From the NCBI GenBank assembly GCA_049515895.1, contig JBEKTQ010000021.1, positions 1-64,000 on the forward strand: 64,000 nt of DNA, read 5' to 3'. The translations under genes were made by a program, and so were the position numbers. The notes beneath the pieces were generated by a model, which was not told where the DNA came from, did no database searches, and was given only the letters and a program-made list of their open reading frames with translations. Within the stretch, counting starts at the first letter, position 1. The number at the start of each line of letters is the position of its first letter. This document shows positions 10,475 to 19,705 of the stretch, in pieces. Origin of the DNA: Candidatus Bathyarchaeia archaeon. Its GTDB lineage: Archaea; Thermoproteota; Bathyarchaeia; Bathyarchaeales; Bathycorpusculaceae.

Positions 10475-10810
10475 TCATCTCCCTGTTATGTTTAGGGGTT
10501 TGCCGCATTTTATGCATTTCTCTCCGAGCGGCGGCTGTTCGGTCTTGCATTTTGGGCAAATTACTGTGAGTCTTTTGTCGCAGTTTTGGCAGTAGTCGCC
10601 GAAGAATGTGGGTTTTCCACAGTATGGGCAGTTTATTTGAAGTGTCAAGCCGCAGTTGCTGCATCTGACTTGGCCGGTTTCGATGGGGTTTCGGCATTTT
10701 GGGCATCTTTGAGGTCCTACTGGGTTAACTTTTCCACAGAAGGGGCAGACGTTATCATCTACAGAGACTAGTTTTCCACAGAATTTGCAAGGATGTTTGT
10801 AACCTGGCAT
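10475..10810 (-). CDS. Poly zinc-ribbon protein
   Basis: Eight CxxC motifs in 111 aa. Confidence 0.85.
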   Translation of the reverse strand: MPGYKHPCKFCGKLVSVDDNVCPFCGKVNPVGPQRCPKCRNPIETGQVRCSNCGLTLQINCPYCGKPTFFGDYCQNCDKRLTVICPKCKTEQPPLGEKCIKCGKPLNITGR

Positions 10811-12217
10811 TTATTGGTCTTCTCCTTTGCTCCATTTTTCGTTGTCATCTATGCTTTTGGCGTTGAAGGCTAATAAGCTAGCGACATCGGCTTTCCATTG
10901 TTCTATGGAAGTATGGATTACTCTGCCTACAAAAAGGTCTCTGGGGGTCTTGAGGGATGGGATTTTTGCTATCGCGAATCTATATTGAGTGTACCGCGTG
11001 CTTTCAAGCTGGTTTTCTGTGAGGTAGATGGGTTCTCTTCTGAAGTTGATTTCAATCATGGATCGGTTGATGTTTTTGATAAAATCTTCTAGTCTTTGGG
11101 CTAAATCCTCGTCTTTGGTTTGTGAATACTCTTTTCTTCCTGCTGCTCTGAAGAAATAAGTTGCTCCTGTTGCGGCGGGTTTTTGTTCTTCGTTTGAGCT
11201 TTGGTTGGTTTGTTCCACTGACTCTAAACCGGTGCTGTTGGTTGGTTGCCCTTTGCCATTTGTTGTTTTGTCTGATACGTTAAACGCTTCGAGGGCTATT
11301 GCATTGCTAAGTCTATTTGTTCCTGGGTTAAGCAGGGGAAATAGCATCCAAATGTAGGTTCCTGTCAATTCTCCCATAAGACCGCGTTTTATTCCTACGC
11401 ACACTTGATTTTTTGCAGCCAGTGAATTTAGGAACCCGTACTCCGTGGTTAAGCCTGCTTCATCGATTTTTTTTGTAAGTCGCCGCCAGAAGTCCGATGT
11501 TTGCTGTTCGATATCTTTTCTTTTTGCTGCTTTTCCGTCTCGCATTAGGGAGGCTATTTTGTTTATAGTGATGGGATTTGCCTCTGGGATTAGTTCTTTT
11601 ATGTTTTGTTGTGTTCTGAGAATCATTTTGTTTATTGCGTCAGAGAGGGCTTTTGCGAATGGATCGAAGTTTTGTCCGAGTAAAGTGAGCTCAATTTTTT
11701 CTAAGAATTCGTTTGTTATGATTAGTTTGTAGTCTTGTTTGTTTACATTGGTTATGTAGCAGTATGGGAGGCGGATGGGCTCGCTTTTTTGTGGCAAAAT
11801 TACGATTGCGGTGTCGTAGAGGCGGATTTCGCAGTTTCCGGATTGGGCTATCTGCTCATTAGGGTCAAGTTGTGCGTATTTTGCCTCGAAACCAGCTTGG
11901 AGGAGTGACTCTTCCATGAGTAAATATTTTAGCATGAGCTCATTCCGGAGCTTGTAGAGTTGGAAGAGGAAGTCTTCATATTGGTACCCTAACCCCCAAA
12001 GATTCAGTTTTTCCTTGGAAGTTAAGAAGAGGTCAATTTTATAGTCGTAGTCTGATATGCCGACGATGTCCGTGTACATGAATAGCATGGGTTCCCCGAA
12101 CATGACCGTCAGTGTAAGGTATCGTTCATCGAAGGTGGCTCTTGCTTCTCCTTCGTTCTTTATGTTTGACAGTTCGTCGTATAGTTTGTAATTAACTGCA
12201 ACTTCCATTTGTGTCAC
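10811..12217 (-). CDS. Hypothetical protein, possibly with PH-like domains; first gene of the zinc-ribbon operon
   Basis: 468-aa ORF abutting the next gene; two similar beta-rich segments each containing DYK. Confidence 0.7.
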   Translation of the reverse strand: MTQMEVAVNYKLYDELSNIKNEGEARATFDERYLTLTVMFGEPMLFMYTDIVGISDYDYKIDLFLTSKEKLNLWGLGYQYEDFLFQLYKLRNELMLKYLLMEESLLQAGFEAKYAQLDPNEQIAQSGNCEIRLYDTAIVILPQKSEPIRLPYCYITNVNKQDYKLIITNEFLEKIELTLLGQNFDPFAKALSDAINKMILRTQQNIKELIPEANPITINKIASLMRDGKAAKRKDIEQQTSDFWRRLTKKIDEAGLTTEYGFLNSLAAKNQVCVGIKRGLMGELTGTYIWMLFPLLNPGTNRLSNAIALEAFNVSDKTTNGKGQPTNSTGLESVEQTNQSSNEEQKPAATGATYFFRAAGRKEYSQTKDEDLAQRLEDFIKNINRSMIEINFRREPIYLTENQLESTRYTQYRFAIAKIPSLKTPRDLFVGRVIHTSIEQWKADVASLLAFNAKSIDDNEKWSKGEDQ

Positions 12218-12380
12218 CTTTTGTGATTAGTTATGCGTTAGTGAAATATCTAATTTTGCAAGATAGTCTGTGCGTTGCAACAAGGTAGGTTAGGTGGTAA
12301 ATTAGTGCTCGCGTCCTACCAACGCTCATGAGCTGTCCTCCTTCAGGGGAAATAGAACCGAGTACTCAACATAAACGTCA

Positions 12381-13082
12381 ATGAAAATAGCGCATCACAG
12401 GCTACGACGTCTAACACTTCAGAGTAACGTTTTTAGCGATGCTTCAGAGATAAAACTTGTAGAAGGCGCTTTTGTGTCTGGAACTCCGCTGGAAATCACG
12501 TTTGATTTTGCCAAGGCTGTACTCGCGCTTTTTATTATTGTGGATCCATTTGGCGACATCCCCATATTCATAAGTTTAACGGAGAATATGTCTGACGGGG
12601 AAAAACGAAGAGTGTTTAACACGGCCACTATCGTTGGTTTGGCTCTTCTTCTTGTATTCTCGATTACCGGGCAAGAGATTTTTGCACTTTTCGGAATTTC
12701 CGTCTACGGTTTCGAGGTTGCTGGAGGCATTCTTCTGCTAATTATTGCGATTAGAATCCTGATTTCAGGCACGCATGAGGCGACGGAGTCCCCTGAAAGC
12801 CTGGGCGCTGTGCCAATAGCTATGCCTCTCCTCGTAGGTCCGGGAGCCATCACAACCACGATATTGAACTTGCAATTTTACGGGCTACTTACAGCTGTGG
12901 GAGCAGCCGTAGTCGTGGTGCTAATAACCTGGGTCATTTTAAGATTCGTGGGTTCGATTTACCGAGTCTTGGGCAAAACGGGTTCACTTGTCATCGCAAG
13001 AGTTGTAGCGTTGCTGATCGCTGCGATAGCCACTCAATACATCTTGATTGGGATAATGCACTACCTTGTTCTGTCTCATTAG
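12381..13082 (+). CDS. MarC family integral membrane protein
   Basis: LFIIVDPFG.IPIF, AGGILL and AVPIAMPLLVGPGAITT motifs; the true start is probably ~30 codons downstream. Confidence 0.92.
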   Translation: MKIAHHRLRRLTLQSNVFSDASEIKLVEGAFVSGTPLEITFDFAKAVLALFIIVDPFGDIPIFISLTENMSDGEKRRVFNTATIVGLALLLVFSITGQEIFALFGISVYGFEVAGGILLLIIAIRILISGTHEATESPESLGAVPIAMPLLVGPGAITTTILNLQFYGLLTAVGAAVVVVLITWVILRFVGSIYRVLGKTGSLVIARVVALLIAAIATQYILIGIMHYLVLSH

Positions 13083-13225
13083 AACCGCAAAATCAGATTG
13101 TCGGCTTGGCAACCGCGCTACAGCATTCTACGCGCCGAGTAGTTTCTGCTCATGCAGAATAAGGTAATAAAGAAAACCTTGCCCTACGTGGGCAATCATG
13201 AAGTAGATTCGCGTGAGAGACGGCC

Positions 13226-13414
13226 TCATTCTGCACGTATGAGTAGAAGCGGTTTGGAAGCTTCTTTTTTCATTATTTTTCTTATTTCAACCTTATCGAG
13301 ATCTTCCGCAGTCTTCGTGGTCTCATCATGCGTATTATCTGGGAGAATGAGGTGAATCTCGCCATTTGGAGATTGTTCTCTAATTGTTCGCCAGTTTGGC
13401 AAACATATCACCAT
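13226..13414 (-). CDS. Small hypothetical protein
   Basis: 62-aa ORF with plausible composition, divergent from the candidate ncRNA. Confidence 0.4.
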   Translation of the reverse strand: MVICLPNWRTIREQSPNGEIHLILPDNTHDETTKTAEDLDKVEIRKIMKKEASKPLLLIRAE

Positions 13415-13660
13415 AGAATATACTCTCAGGCTCTTAACTTAATGTTTTTGGCGAAGTGTACTTTGCTTGTTTGCAAAGCAGGCATGCTTAGTTCTGTTTT
13501 CAGAAATAATTGCGTCATTCATGTCAAATTGACAAATTTATGTTAAAAGCTAATTTCACCACAAAAACCTCTTGGACTAAGTTAGCTGGGACAACCCCTG
13601 TTGGTGAGAAAGGAGTTCTTTACAAGACAAAAAACGCGTTCAATTGCCGATTTTTTGTAC

Positions 13661-13676
13661 AAAATTTGTTATATTT
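13661..13676 (+). promoter_or_regulatory. Putative BRE/TATA promoter of the structured ncRNA
   Basis: aaaatttg-TTATATTT ends 22 nt upstream of the first base of the closing stem (13698). Confidence 0.5.
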
Positions 13677-13697
13677 TACCAATACTATTAGAATGGC

Positions 13698-14013
13698 GTA
13701 GGTTGAGGAGCACGCTTTAAAGGCGATGTATCGAGACAAAGAGCGTACCAGTTAAAACAGCGGAAAACTGGTATGCGACTAAGACTCTGTTTCGATGGGC
13801 TGAACATTGGACGCAGTGCATTGAGGCAATGAGCGTGTCAGTCAAAACAGCGAAAGATTGATACGCGGCAAAGACAAGGCTTCGATGGGCTGAACATCAC
13901 TATATGTTGCAGTGAGGCAATGAGCGGTGCAGTCAAAACGGTGAAAGACTGCACAGCGACAAAGACATAGCCTCAATGGACCGCGAATATGTTAAGGCTT
14001 AGACTCAACCTAC
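13698..14013 (+). ncRNA. Unrecognised structured RNA: three tandem ~90-nt units inside a terminal stem with a bulge-helix-bulge motif
   Basis: Terminal inverted repeat GTAGGTTGAG/CTCAACCTAC; units at 13729-13803, 13819-13893 and 13910-13984 have conserved loops and compensatory stem changes; G-U pairs indicate the + strand; a pyrimidine tract follows at 14015. Confidence 0.8.
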
Positions 14014-14322
14014 ACTTCTCTTCAAAACAACTTAAACAACATCATTCTTGGTTCAGGAAAATCACGTTTCCTTCTTACGTTTAGACAATCAGCAATCTAA
14101 TTCTTAATTTACAAGCAGCCTTCAAAGAATTGTTAAAGAATTTGAAATCGAGTTGTATGGCGTAGCGCTGTTTAACGGCGCAAGGCTATTTTTTACTAGC
14201 TAAGAGTAGGTGGTTATGTGGTACGGATTTGGTTAAGATTTGAGTGCAAATCTGGAATATCGATTAATAATCTGTCGCTAAGAAGAAATTGAAAACTTCA
14301 ACACATAAGGGAGGCTCGAAGA

Positions 14323-14565
14323 ATGAAGCAAATACAGGTGTATGTATTGGATTTAAACAAAATAGATGGACGCGGAGATTTTTTATGTCCAAGATGTGGA
14401 AACGAAATTTCTCCTGACGACCCCACTGAAACGGCTTATTCCATTCTTGAAGCAATTGTCAGCAACCACGGTTTGGATGAAATAATAATTCGCTGCAACA
14501 AATGCGAAAGTGAACTCCATTTAACTGGTTTTTCTCTGCTGCAAAAACTGAGCGTACACTTTTGA
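14323..14565 (+). CDS. Small zinc-finger protein
   Basis: GGAGG RBS; DFLCPRCG.EISPDD...IRCNKC.SELHLTGF. Confidence 0.8.
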   Translation: MKQIQVYVLDLNKIDGRGDFLCPRCGNEISPDDPTETAYSILEAIVSNHGLDEIIIRCNKCESELHLTGFSLLQKLSVHF

Positions 14566-14730
14566 CCCCCTCAAAAGAGGCGGAAAACTATGCAAAAATC
14601 CCTTCAAAAAAATAGAAGTGAAAAAACACAAAAACCTAACTGGGAATGCCCTGAAAAGCAGAATGCATCTTCGGGAGCCTATGTTAATCACATTTAGAGA
14701 GCAGACATGAACCAGGAAAAGCACGAGCAG

Positions 14731-14902
14731 AAAAGAACGCAAGTAAACGCGAAAGAACTGGGAAGAACGGGAAACAACGCGAAAGCACGGGAATCAACGC
14801 GGTGGAACGGGAGGAAACGGGAAAAGACTGGAAAAAACGTGACCTGCAGAAGGTCCAAGCTCTGAACAAGAAAAGCAATCTGAAAAGAGCTTCGCAAGTT
14901 TT
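14731..14902 (+). repeat. Anchor plus 10-bp array element (copy D, GAAAnAACGS array)
   Basis: Eleven in-phase units, then ACGTGACCTGCAGAAGGTCCAAGC...AAAAGCAATC (diverged anchor). Confidence 0.82.
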
Positions 14903-15060
14903 GTGTTCGTCCCTGGGCAACTTTTCTTCACAAGGAGACAAAAAAATCGCCGGAAAAGCACCTCTGACGCACGTTCTTGAATCTTCGATTTTTGACGGTA
15001 TTTGACTTGGGTAATGTTAAACGACGGTGGTGGCCATCTATTGACTTTTGTTGACGTTAG

Positions 15061-15217
15061 GACTTTAGGAGACTTTACCAGACGATGGAGGACTTTGGGA
15101 GACTTTGGCAGACGATGGCGGACGATAGGAGACTTTAGGAGACGATAGGAGACGCAACCTGCAGCTGATCCAAGTTTCTCCACAAAAAAGCAACCCAAAA
15201 CACAAACAACAAAATTT
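15061..15217 (+). repeat. Anchor plus 10-bp array element (copy E, GACKWTRGGA array)
   Basis: Nine units all starting GAC, then GACGCAACCTGCAGCTGATCCAAG...AAAGCAACCCAAAACACAAACAACAAAATTT. Confidence 0.9.
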
Positions 15218-15341
15218 GGAGCGAAAGAATAAACTTGCAAACTTGGCGACTACCGTTTTCCTTCGCAACCTGCTTTTGGCGTCTTTTAAGAAGGAAAGAG
15301 AAATAAGCAGACGCGCCACCAATATTTTTTGTTTTACAAAG

Positions 15342-15902
15342 GTGATTTATGCGTCTTCGAAAACTCAAGTAAACATATCCTCAGCAACCCGGCTTCTTCA
15401 TCCGATGCACATAGTGTTGGTTTCATGTGTCGGGAAAGCGGGTAAACCCAATATAACAACGCTTGCATGGGCGATGCCGACCTCAATTAACCCGCCGCTT
15501 GTAGCCATCAGTCTGGCGCCAACACGGCATTCACACGCACTTATTGAGGAGTCGGGCGACTTCGTTGTGAATATTCCGACGTTGGAGATTCTTCAAGCCG
15601 TCTATGCCTGCGGTTCATTAACGGGAAGAAGCTTTGACAAATTCAAGAAAACAAACCTAACCCCGATTGCCGCTAAAAAAGTTAAAGCACCAGCGATACG
15701 CGAATGCGTAGCGCACCTTGAATGCACGGTAGAAGATAAATTCACCACGGGCGACCACACGGTTTTCGTCGGAAAAATAGTCGAAGCCTATGCTGACCTA
15801 GGCGTCTTCACCGAAACCTATGACTTGAAAAAGGCTCGCATGCTCTACCATCTGGGCGGCAACAACTTCGCAGTGCTTGATCCCAAAACCTACAAGCCCT
15901 AA
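15342..15902 (+). CDS. Flavin reductase-like FMN-binding protein
   Basis: KPNITTLAW.MP.SINPP, FVVNIP, ECVAHLEC and GDHTVFVG motifs; start uncertain. Confidence 0.9.
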   Translation: MIYASSKTQVNISSATRLLHPMHIVLVSCVGKAGKPNITTLAWAMPTSINPPLVAISLAPTRHSHALIEESGDFVVNIPTLEILQAVYACGSLTGRSFDKFKKTNLTPIAAKKVKAPAIRECVAHLECTVEDKFTTGDHTVFVGKIVEAYADLGVFTETYDLKKARMLYHLGGNNFAVLDPKTYKP

Positions 15903-16003
15903 GGCTATAACGGTGGAGCTTTGTTTGCGGGGAACCCTTTGTCAGCGGTTACGCATTTAAGCTTCTACCGCGTAATCCCAACACAGCGAAAAAGTGAGCA
16001 GCA

Positions 16004-16909
16004 ATGGCCTACGACAGGGAAGAAATTGAAAAATTCCGTATTTCCGGACGAATTCTGCGCGAAACAAGAGAGGAAATGAAAGCCAATGTTAAAGAAGACA
16101 TGTTAATAATCGATGTCTGCGAAAAAGCCGAGGCGCTAATCCGAGCTAAAGGAGGCAAACCAGCTTTCCCCTGCAACGTAAGCATAAACGAGGTAGCAGC
16201 GCATTACACTGCGACGCCAAACGATACGTCACGGATTCCTCAAGGCTCCACCGTTAAGGTGGACCTCGGAGTGCAAGTAGACGGCTACGTCACCGACACC
16301 GCGTTCACTGCATGCTTTAACCCTGAGGGCAGGGCAATGGCTAACACGGCGGAGGCAGCTTTGAAAACAGCCATCGAAAACATCCACGGAGACATGGCGC
16401 TCGGTAAAATCGGAGGCTTAATAGAGACCACTATTAGAAACCGCGGGTTCAAACCCATCTCGAACCTCACAGGGCACTCGGTTGGAAGATACTTGATTCA
16501 CGCCGGAACGTCTATTCCCAACGTAGCTCAACCAGTATCGCTTACCAAAGTCAAAGTCGGAGAAGTCTACGCCATTGAACCATTCGTTACTTTACCAGAC
16601 GCCATTGGCCGCGTTGACGATAGCCCGCAGACAACCATTTACCGCCTGCTTAAAGCGAAAGCCGTCAAGACGGAATCTGCAAAAAAACTGCTCAAGCACA
16701 TCGAGGCTAATTTTAGGACATTACCTTTTGCTGAAAGGTGGCTAATAGGGGTTGTTCCCAAAGAGCAACACGGCGCTGCCTTCAAGGAGCTGCTTTCTTT
16801 AAAAGCAATAATGAGTTATCCCGTTTTTGTTGAAGTGAGTAAGAAACCCGTTGCCCAAGCTGAACACACTGTGCTCCTAAACGAAGAGAGCTGCGAAGTT
16901 TTGACTTAG
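16004..16909 (+). CDS. map: Methionine aminopeptidase, type II
   Basis: AFPCNVSINEVAAHYT, KVDLGVQVDGYVTDTA, NLTGH, AIEPF and AQAEHTV motifs. Confidence 0.96.
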   Translation: MAYDREEIEKFRISGRILRETREEMKANVKEDMLIIDVCEKAEALIRAKGGKPAFPCNVSINEVAAHYTATPNDTSRIPQGSTVKVDLGVQVDGYVTDTAFTACFNPEGRAMANTAEAALKTAIENIHGDMALGKIGGLIETTIRNRGFKPISNLTGHSVGRYLIHAGTSIPNVAQPVSLTKVKVGEVYAIEPFVTLPDAIGRVDDSPQTTIYRLLKAKAVKTESAKKLLKHIEANFRTLPFAERWLIGVVPKEQHGAAFKELLSLKAIMSYPVFVEVSKKPVAQAEHTVLLNEESCEVLT

Positions 16910-16918
16910 GCGTTCAAG

Positions 16919-17179
16919 ATGGCAGCCTATGAAGACTCAATCTTTTACGAACCGAAGAACATTGACGATTTAAGGGGATTTCTGAAAACTAACAAAGAGA
17001 AGTACCATGAAATTTGGATCGTCCTAATTAAAAAGGAGAAGGCCAACCCTCAGCCTGTATCTTTCAACGAAGCGGTCAGTGAAGCGATCGCGCAGGGGCT
17101 TGTTGATAGCCGAACAAAGACTTTAGACAATAGCAGGTATGCAGTTCGTTTCACAAAAAGAAAAAACAAGCTAAGTTAG
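16919..17179 (+). CDS. YdeI-like short protein (N-terminal domain only)
   Basis: EIWIVLIKK...VSFNEAVSEA...GLVDS....LD..RYAVRFTKR resembles the YdeI/OmpD-associated N-terminus. Confidence 0.6.
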   Translation: MAAYEDSIFYEPKNIDDLRGFLKTNKEKYHEIWIVLIKKEKANPQPVSFNEAVSEAIAQGLVDSRTKTLDNSRYAVRFTKRKNKLS

Positions 17180-17631
17180 ACATTGTATTTCTTTTCCTTA
17201 TCTTTGACTTCCTTGTATATCGCAGTTATCATTTGCTTCCCAGAGCATTTTTGACATGGCGCATCAAGTTCCTTGTAGACGAAGTCTCCGCGTTGGAATT
17301 CTCGCACTGTTTTGGCGTCACAGCCTACGCTGCTGCATCCAATGGTTGTCATTACTTTTGGGATTTCAATTTTCATTTCTGATATTTGCCTCCTTGATTG
17401 CAAAAGCGTGAAAGAAGACATTGAAAGGGCTATTGCGCCAATTACGGCAAGCACTCCTGCGGCTGAGTAATCGCCTGATTGGGTTGAGCCGGTGGCAGTG
17501 GTTCCAGAGTAATATAGATTGGCCGCCAGTATGAGCGCTATTGCAGCAAGAGCCATCACGGTCACGACGATCATGGTTATGTAATTTGAGATTTTTTTAG
17601 TGGATGCTGATGCTTGGTCATTTTTTGTCAT
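17176..17631 (-). CDS. Membrane protein with C-terminal Zn-ribbon-like domain
   Basis: Two TM helices, then C....C...VREFQRGDFVYK....CQKC....ITAIY. Confidence 0.75.
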   Translation of the reverse strand: MTKNDQASASTKKISNYITMIVVTVMALAAIALILAANLYYSGTTATGSTQSGDYSAAGVLAVIGAIALSMSSFTLLQSRRQISEMKIEIPKVMTTIGCSSVGCDAKTVREFQRGDFVYKELDAPCQKCSGKQMITAIYKEVKDKEKKYNV

Positions 17632-17645
17632 TCAATTTATCCTCC

Positions 17646-18815
17646 TTATTGTCCGACTCCGATAGAGTTGCCAACACCGACAATTATGATTCTGTCGCCT
17701 TCCTTGGTTCTCTCTAAGACCACGCTTCTAATCCTTTCAATGGCTTTGTCTACTGCATCGTTGATTTCCTTGCGCAGGGGTGAAACCGCGTCCCCGATGT
17801 CTTCCTTGATTATTATCGCGTAGTTTGGAATCTTGTATTTTGTAAGTTTCTCTTCAATCTTGTACTGGTCAACGCCTGGGCCGCCGATTGCCGCGCCGAT
17901 TCCTTCTGCAACTTCGCCGACGTCTTCGCCCTCCAGCTTTAGACCTGCATCAATCATGATAACGGTGGCGATTTTGCCTTCATTTTCTTCGATGACTGCT
18001 TCAACAGCGTCGCCCGGTTTCCCGACGTTGCCGCCTGGGCCTTCAGCTTTTATGATCATGGCTGTGCGTCCTGCAAACGGAACTGTTGCCATGACGCAGT
18101 CTTTTTGCAGTTTGCGGGTTTCGTATCCATGCATGAGTTTTGCCGCTATCAGTGGGCCTGCTCCGTCGCCGATAGGTTCTCCATAAGCGAATGCTTTGAG
18201 TGCGCTGGCGTATGCTTCGGCTTCTTTCATGACCATGGGCAATATCATTTGTAGTTGCATTATTACGTATAGGCTTAGGGTTTTTTTGCCTTGTATGTAA
18301 TAGTGTCTGACCACTTTGTAGATGAAGTTTAACGCCATTGCGGCTTCCAAAGTGTTCTCTAAATTGTTGACTTGGACTTCGTCGCTTGCTGGCGCCATGA
18401 GTTTAACTTCATCTTTCATCCTCTCGTCCCTGACGTCAAGGATGTGATCAAGCTTGTAAACCACTCCGGCCGGATCCATGTTTTGGGGGCCAATCGTGAA
18501 GTACTCTAAGAAGCGGTCGACACGAGCAGAAGGGTCAGCGGTTGGTTTGCCGATTTCTTTTATAGCTTCTATAGTGACTTTCCGACCTTCCTCTTTAATG
18601 TACTTAAGTTTATGAAGAGAGTTCTCCACCTCACGAATCATAACGTACATTTGGATTCTTTGACCATAGAAAATTAGAACTATGAAGAACACGTATGAAA
18701 GCAGGCTCAGGTAGGTTAGCCATGTGTTTGAACCGCCGCCGAGTTGACTTGCGTGTACCGGCAGCGCTAACGACATTACCCGCGCAAATGCGGCGCTCAC
18801 TGGAATAAGACTCAA
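17646..18815 (-). CDS. DUF1512 family protein
   Basis: PIGDGAGPL, KAEGPGGNVGKPG, IDAGLKLEGE, GAAIGGPG and a C-terminal GVGNSIGVGQ. Confidence 0.85.
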   Translation of the reverse strand: MSLIPVSAAFARVMSLALPVHASQLGGGSNTWLTYLSLLSYVFFIVLIFYGQRIQMYVMIREVENSLHKLKYIKEEGRKVTIEAIKEIGKPTADPSARVDRFLEYFTIGPQNMDPAGVVYKLDHILDVRDERMKDEVKLMAPASDEVQVNNLENTLEAAMALNFIYKVVRHYYIQGKKTLSLYVIMQLQMILPMVMKEAEAYASALKAFAYGEPIGDGAGPLIAAKLMHGYETRKLQKDCVMATVPFAGRTAMIIKAEGPGGNVGKPGDAVEAVIEENEGKIATVIMIDAGLKLEGEDVGEVAEGIGAAIGGPGVDQYKIEEKLTKYKIPNYAIIIKEDIGDAVSPLRKEINDAVDKAIERIRSVVLERTKEGDRIIIVGVGNSIGVGQ

Positions 18816-18896
18816 CTATTACACCACTTCTCAAAAACAATTAAATCTTAGTTATAAAGCTATGCCAAATCTACCCGCAAAATTTTAGGATGAAAA

Positions 18897-19021
18897 GTGG
18901 CTGCCAGCTTTCCCAGGTTCACGTGGCCTAAGACCACACTACAGCTGGAAACGGAGCACGGTTTAACTTCTGAGTTCGGAATGGGATCAGGTGGAACCCG
19001 TGCCCTTTGACCGGGAAACAC
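18897..19021 (-). rRNA. rrf: 5S ribosomal RNA, unlinked from 16S/23S
   Basis: Minus strand contains CACCTGATCCCATTCCGAACTCAGAAGTTAAACCGTGCTCCG and ends GGGAAAGCTGGCAGCCAC; length ~120 nt. Confidence 0.93.
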
Positions 19022-19099
19022 AGGTTTTCTGATGATTTCTTGGAAGCGAAGAAAATTTAAGGGAAGCAATCGCAATAAATTGTTAGCGGGATCAAAGGG

Positions 19100-19705
19100 A
19101 TGCTTGATTCAGGAAAAGCTGGAAATCTACGAAGGGCCGGATTGACGGGTATATTAGCACCTATCCTTGCGTTCAGCTGCATACTATTATCCATAGCATC
19201 GTACCCGAACTTTAGCTGGACAAACAACGCTCTAAGCGATTTAGGCGTGGTAACGGGCATAACTGGACCACTTTTCAATTTTGGAATCTACACCAGCGGT
19301 TTGTTAGCTCTCAACTTTGCTTTGGCTGGCTTGTTTACCTATCTTAAGAAAAGTTTGGTTGGAAAAGTTGGAGCTTTGACCTTTGCGGCGGCAACAGTGG
19401 CGCTTATCGGCATAGGCGTTTTTAATGAGAGCTTTTCTGGAACGCACTACGCCTTTTCTGTAGCGTTCTTTGTTTTGGCGCCCATTTCACTATTTATTAT
19501 TGCGTGTGCGTTTGTGCTGGAAAATCAAGTACGGCTGTCTGTTTTCACGGTTTTGACTGGGATAATTGCTGCTCTGCCGTGGATATTGTTTTTTGCGATT
19601 AATTATGTTGAGGGCGTAGCTATTCCCGAAACTGTGTCGGGACTTGCTGTTTCGGTTTGGGCGATCACACTTGGCTACAGAATAATGAAACATGCAAAGC
19701 GCTGA
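19100..19705 (+). CDS. DUF998 family membrane protein
   Basis: FSWTNNALSDLG motif, GVFNE...H and VAIPE; multiple TM helices. Confidence 0.85.
   Translation: MLDSGKAGNLRRAGLTGILAPILAFSCILLSIASYPNFSWTNNALSDLGVVTGITGPLFNFGIYTSGLLALNFALAGLFTYLKKSLVGKVGALTFAAATVALIGIGVFNESFSGTHYAFSVAFFVLAPISLFIIACAFVLENQVRLSVFTVLTGIIAALPWILFFAINYVEGVAIPETVSGLAVSVWAITLGYRIMKHAKR

Noticed and set aside
13698-14013. Assignment of the structured RNA to SRP RNA, RNase P RNA, T-box, H/ACA guide, fluoride or c-di-GMP riboswitch, or mini-CRISPR
   Set aside because: It lacks the SRP helix-8 motif, the RNase P GAGGAAAGUCC motif, a T-box antiterminator and the riboswitch consensus sequences. ACA spacing does not fit an H/ACA guide, and the variable parts base-pair rather than act as spacers.
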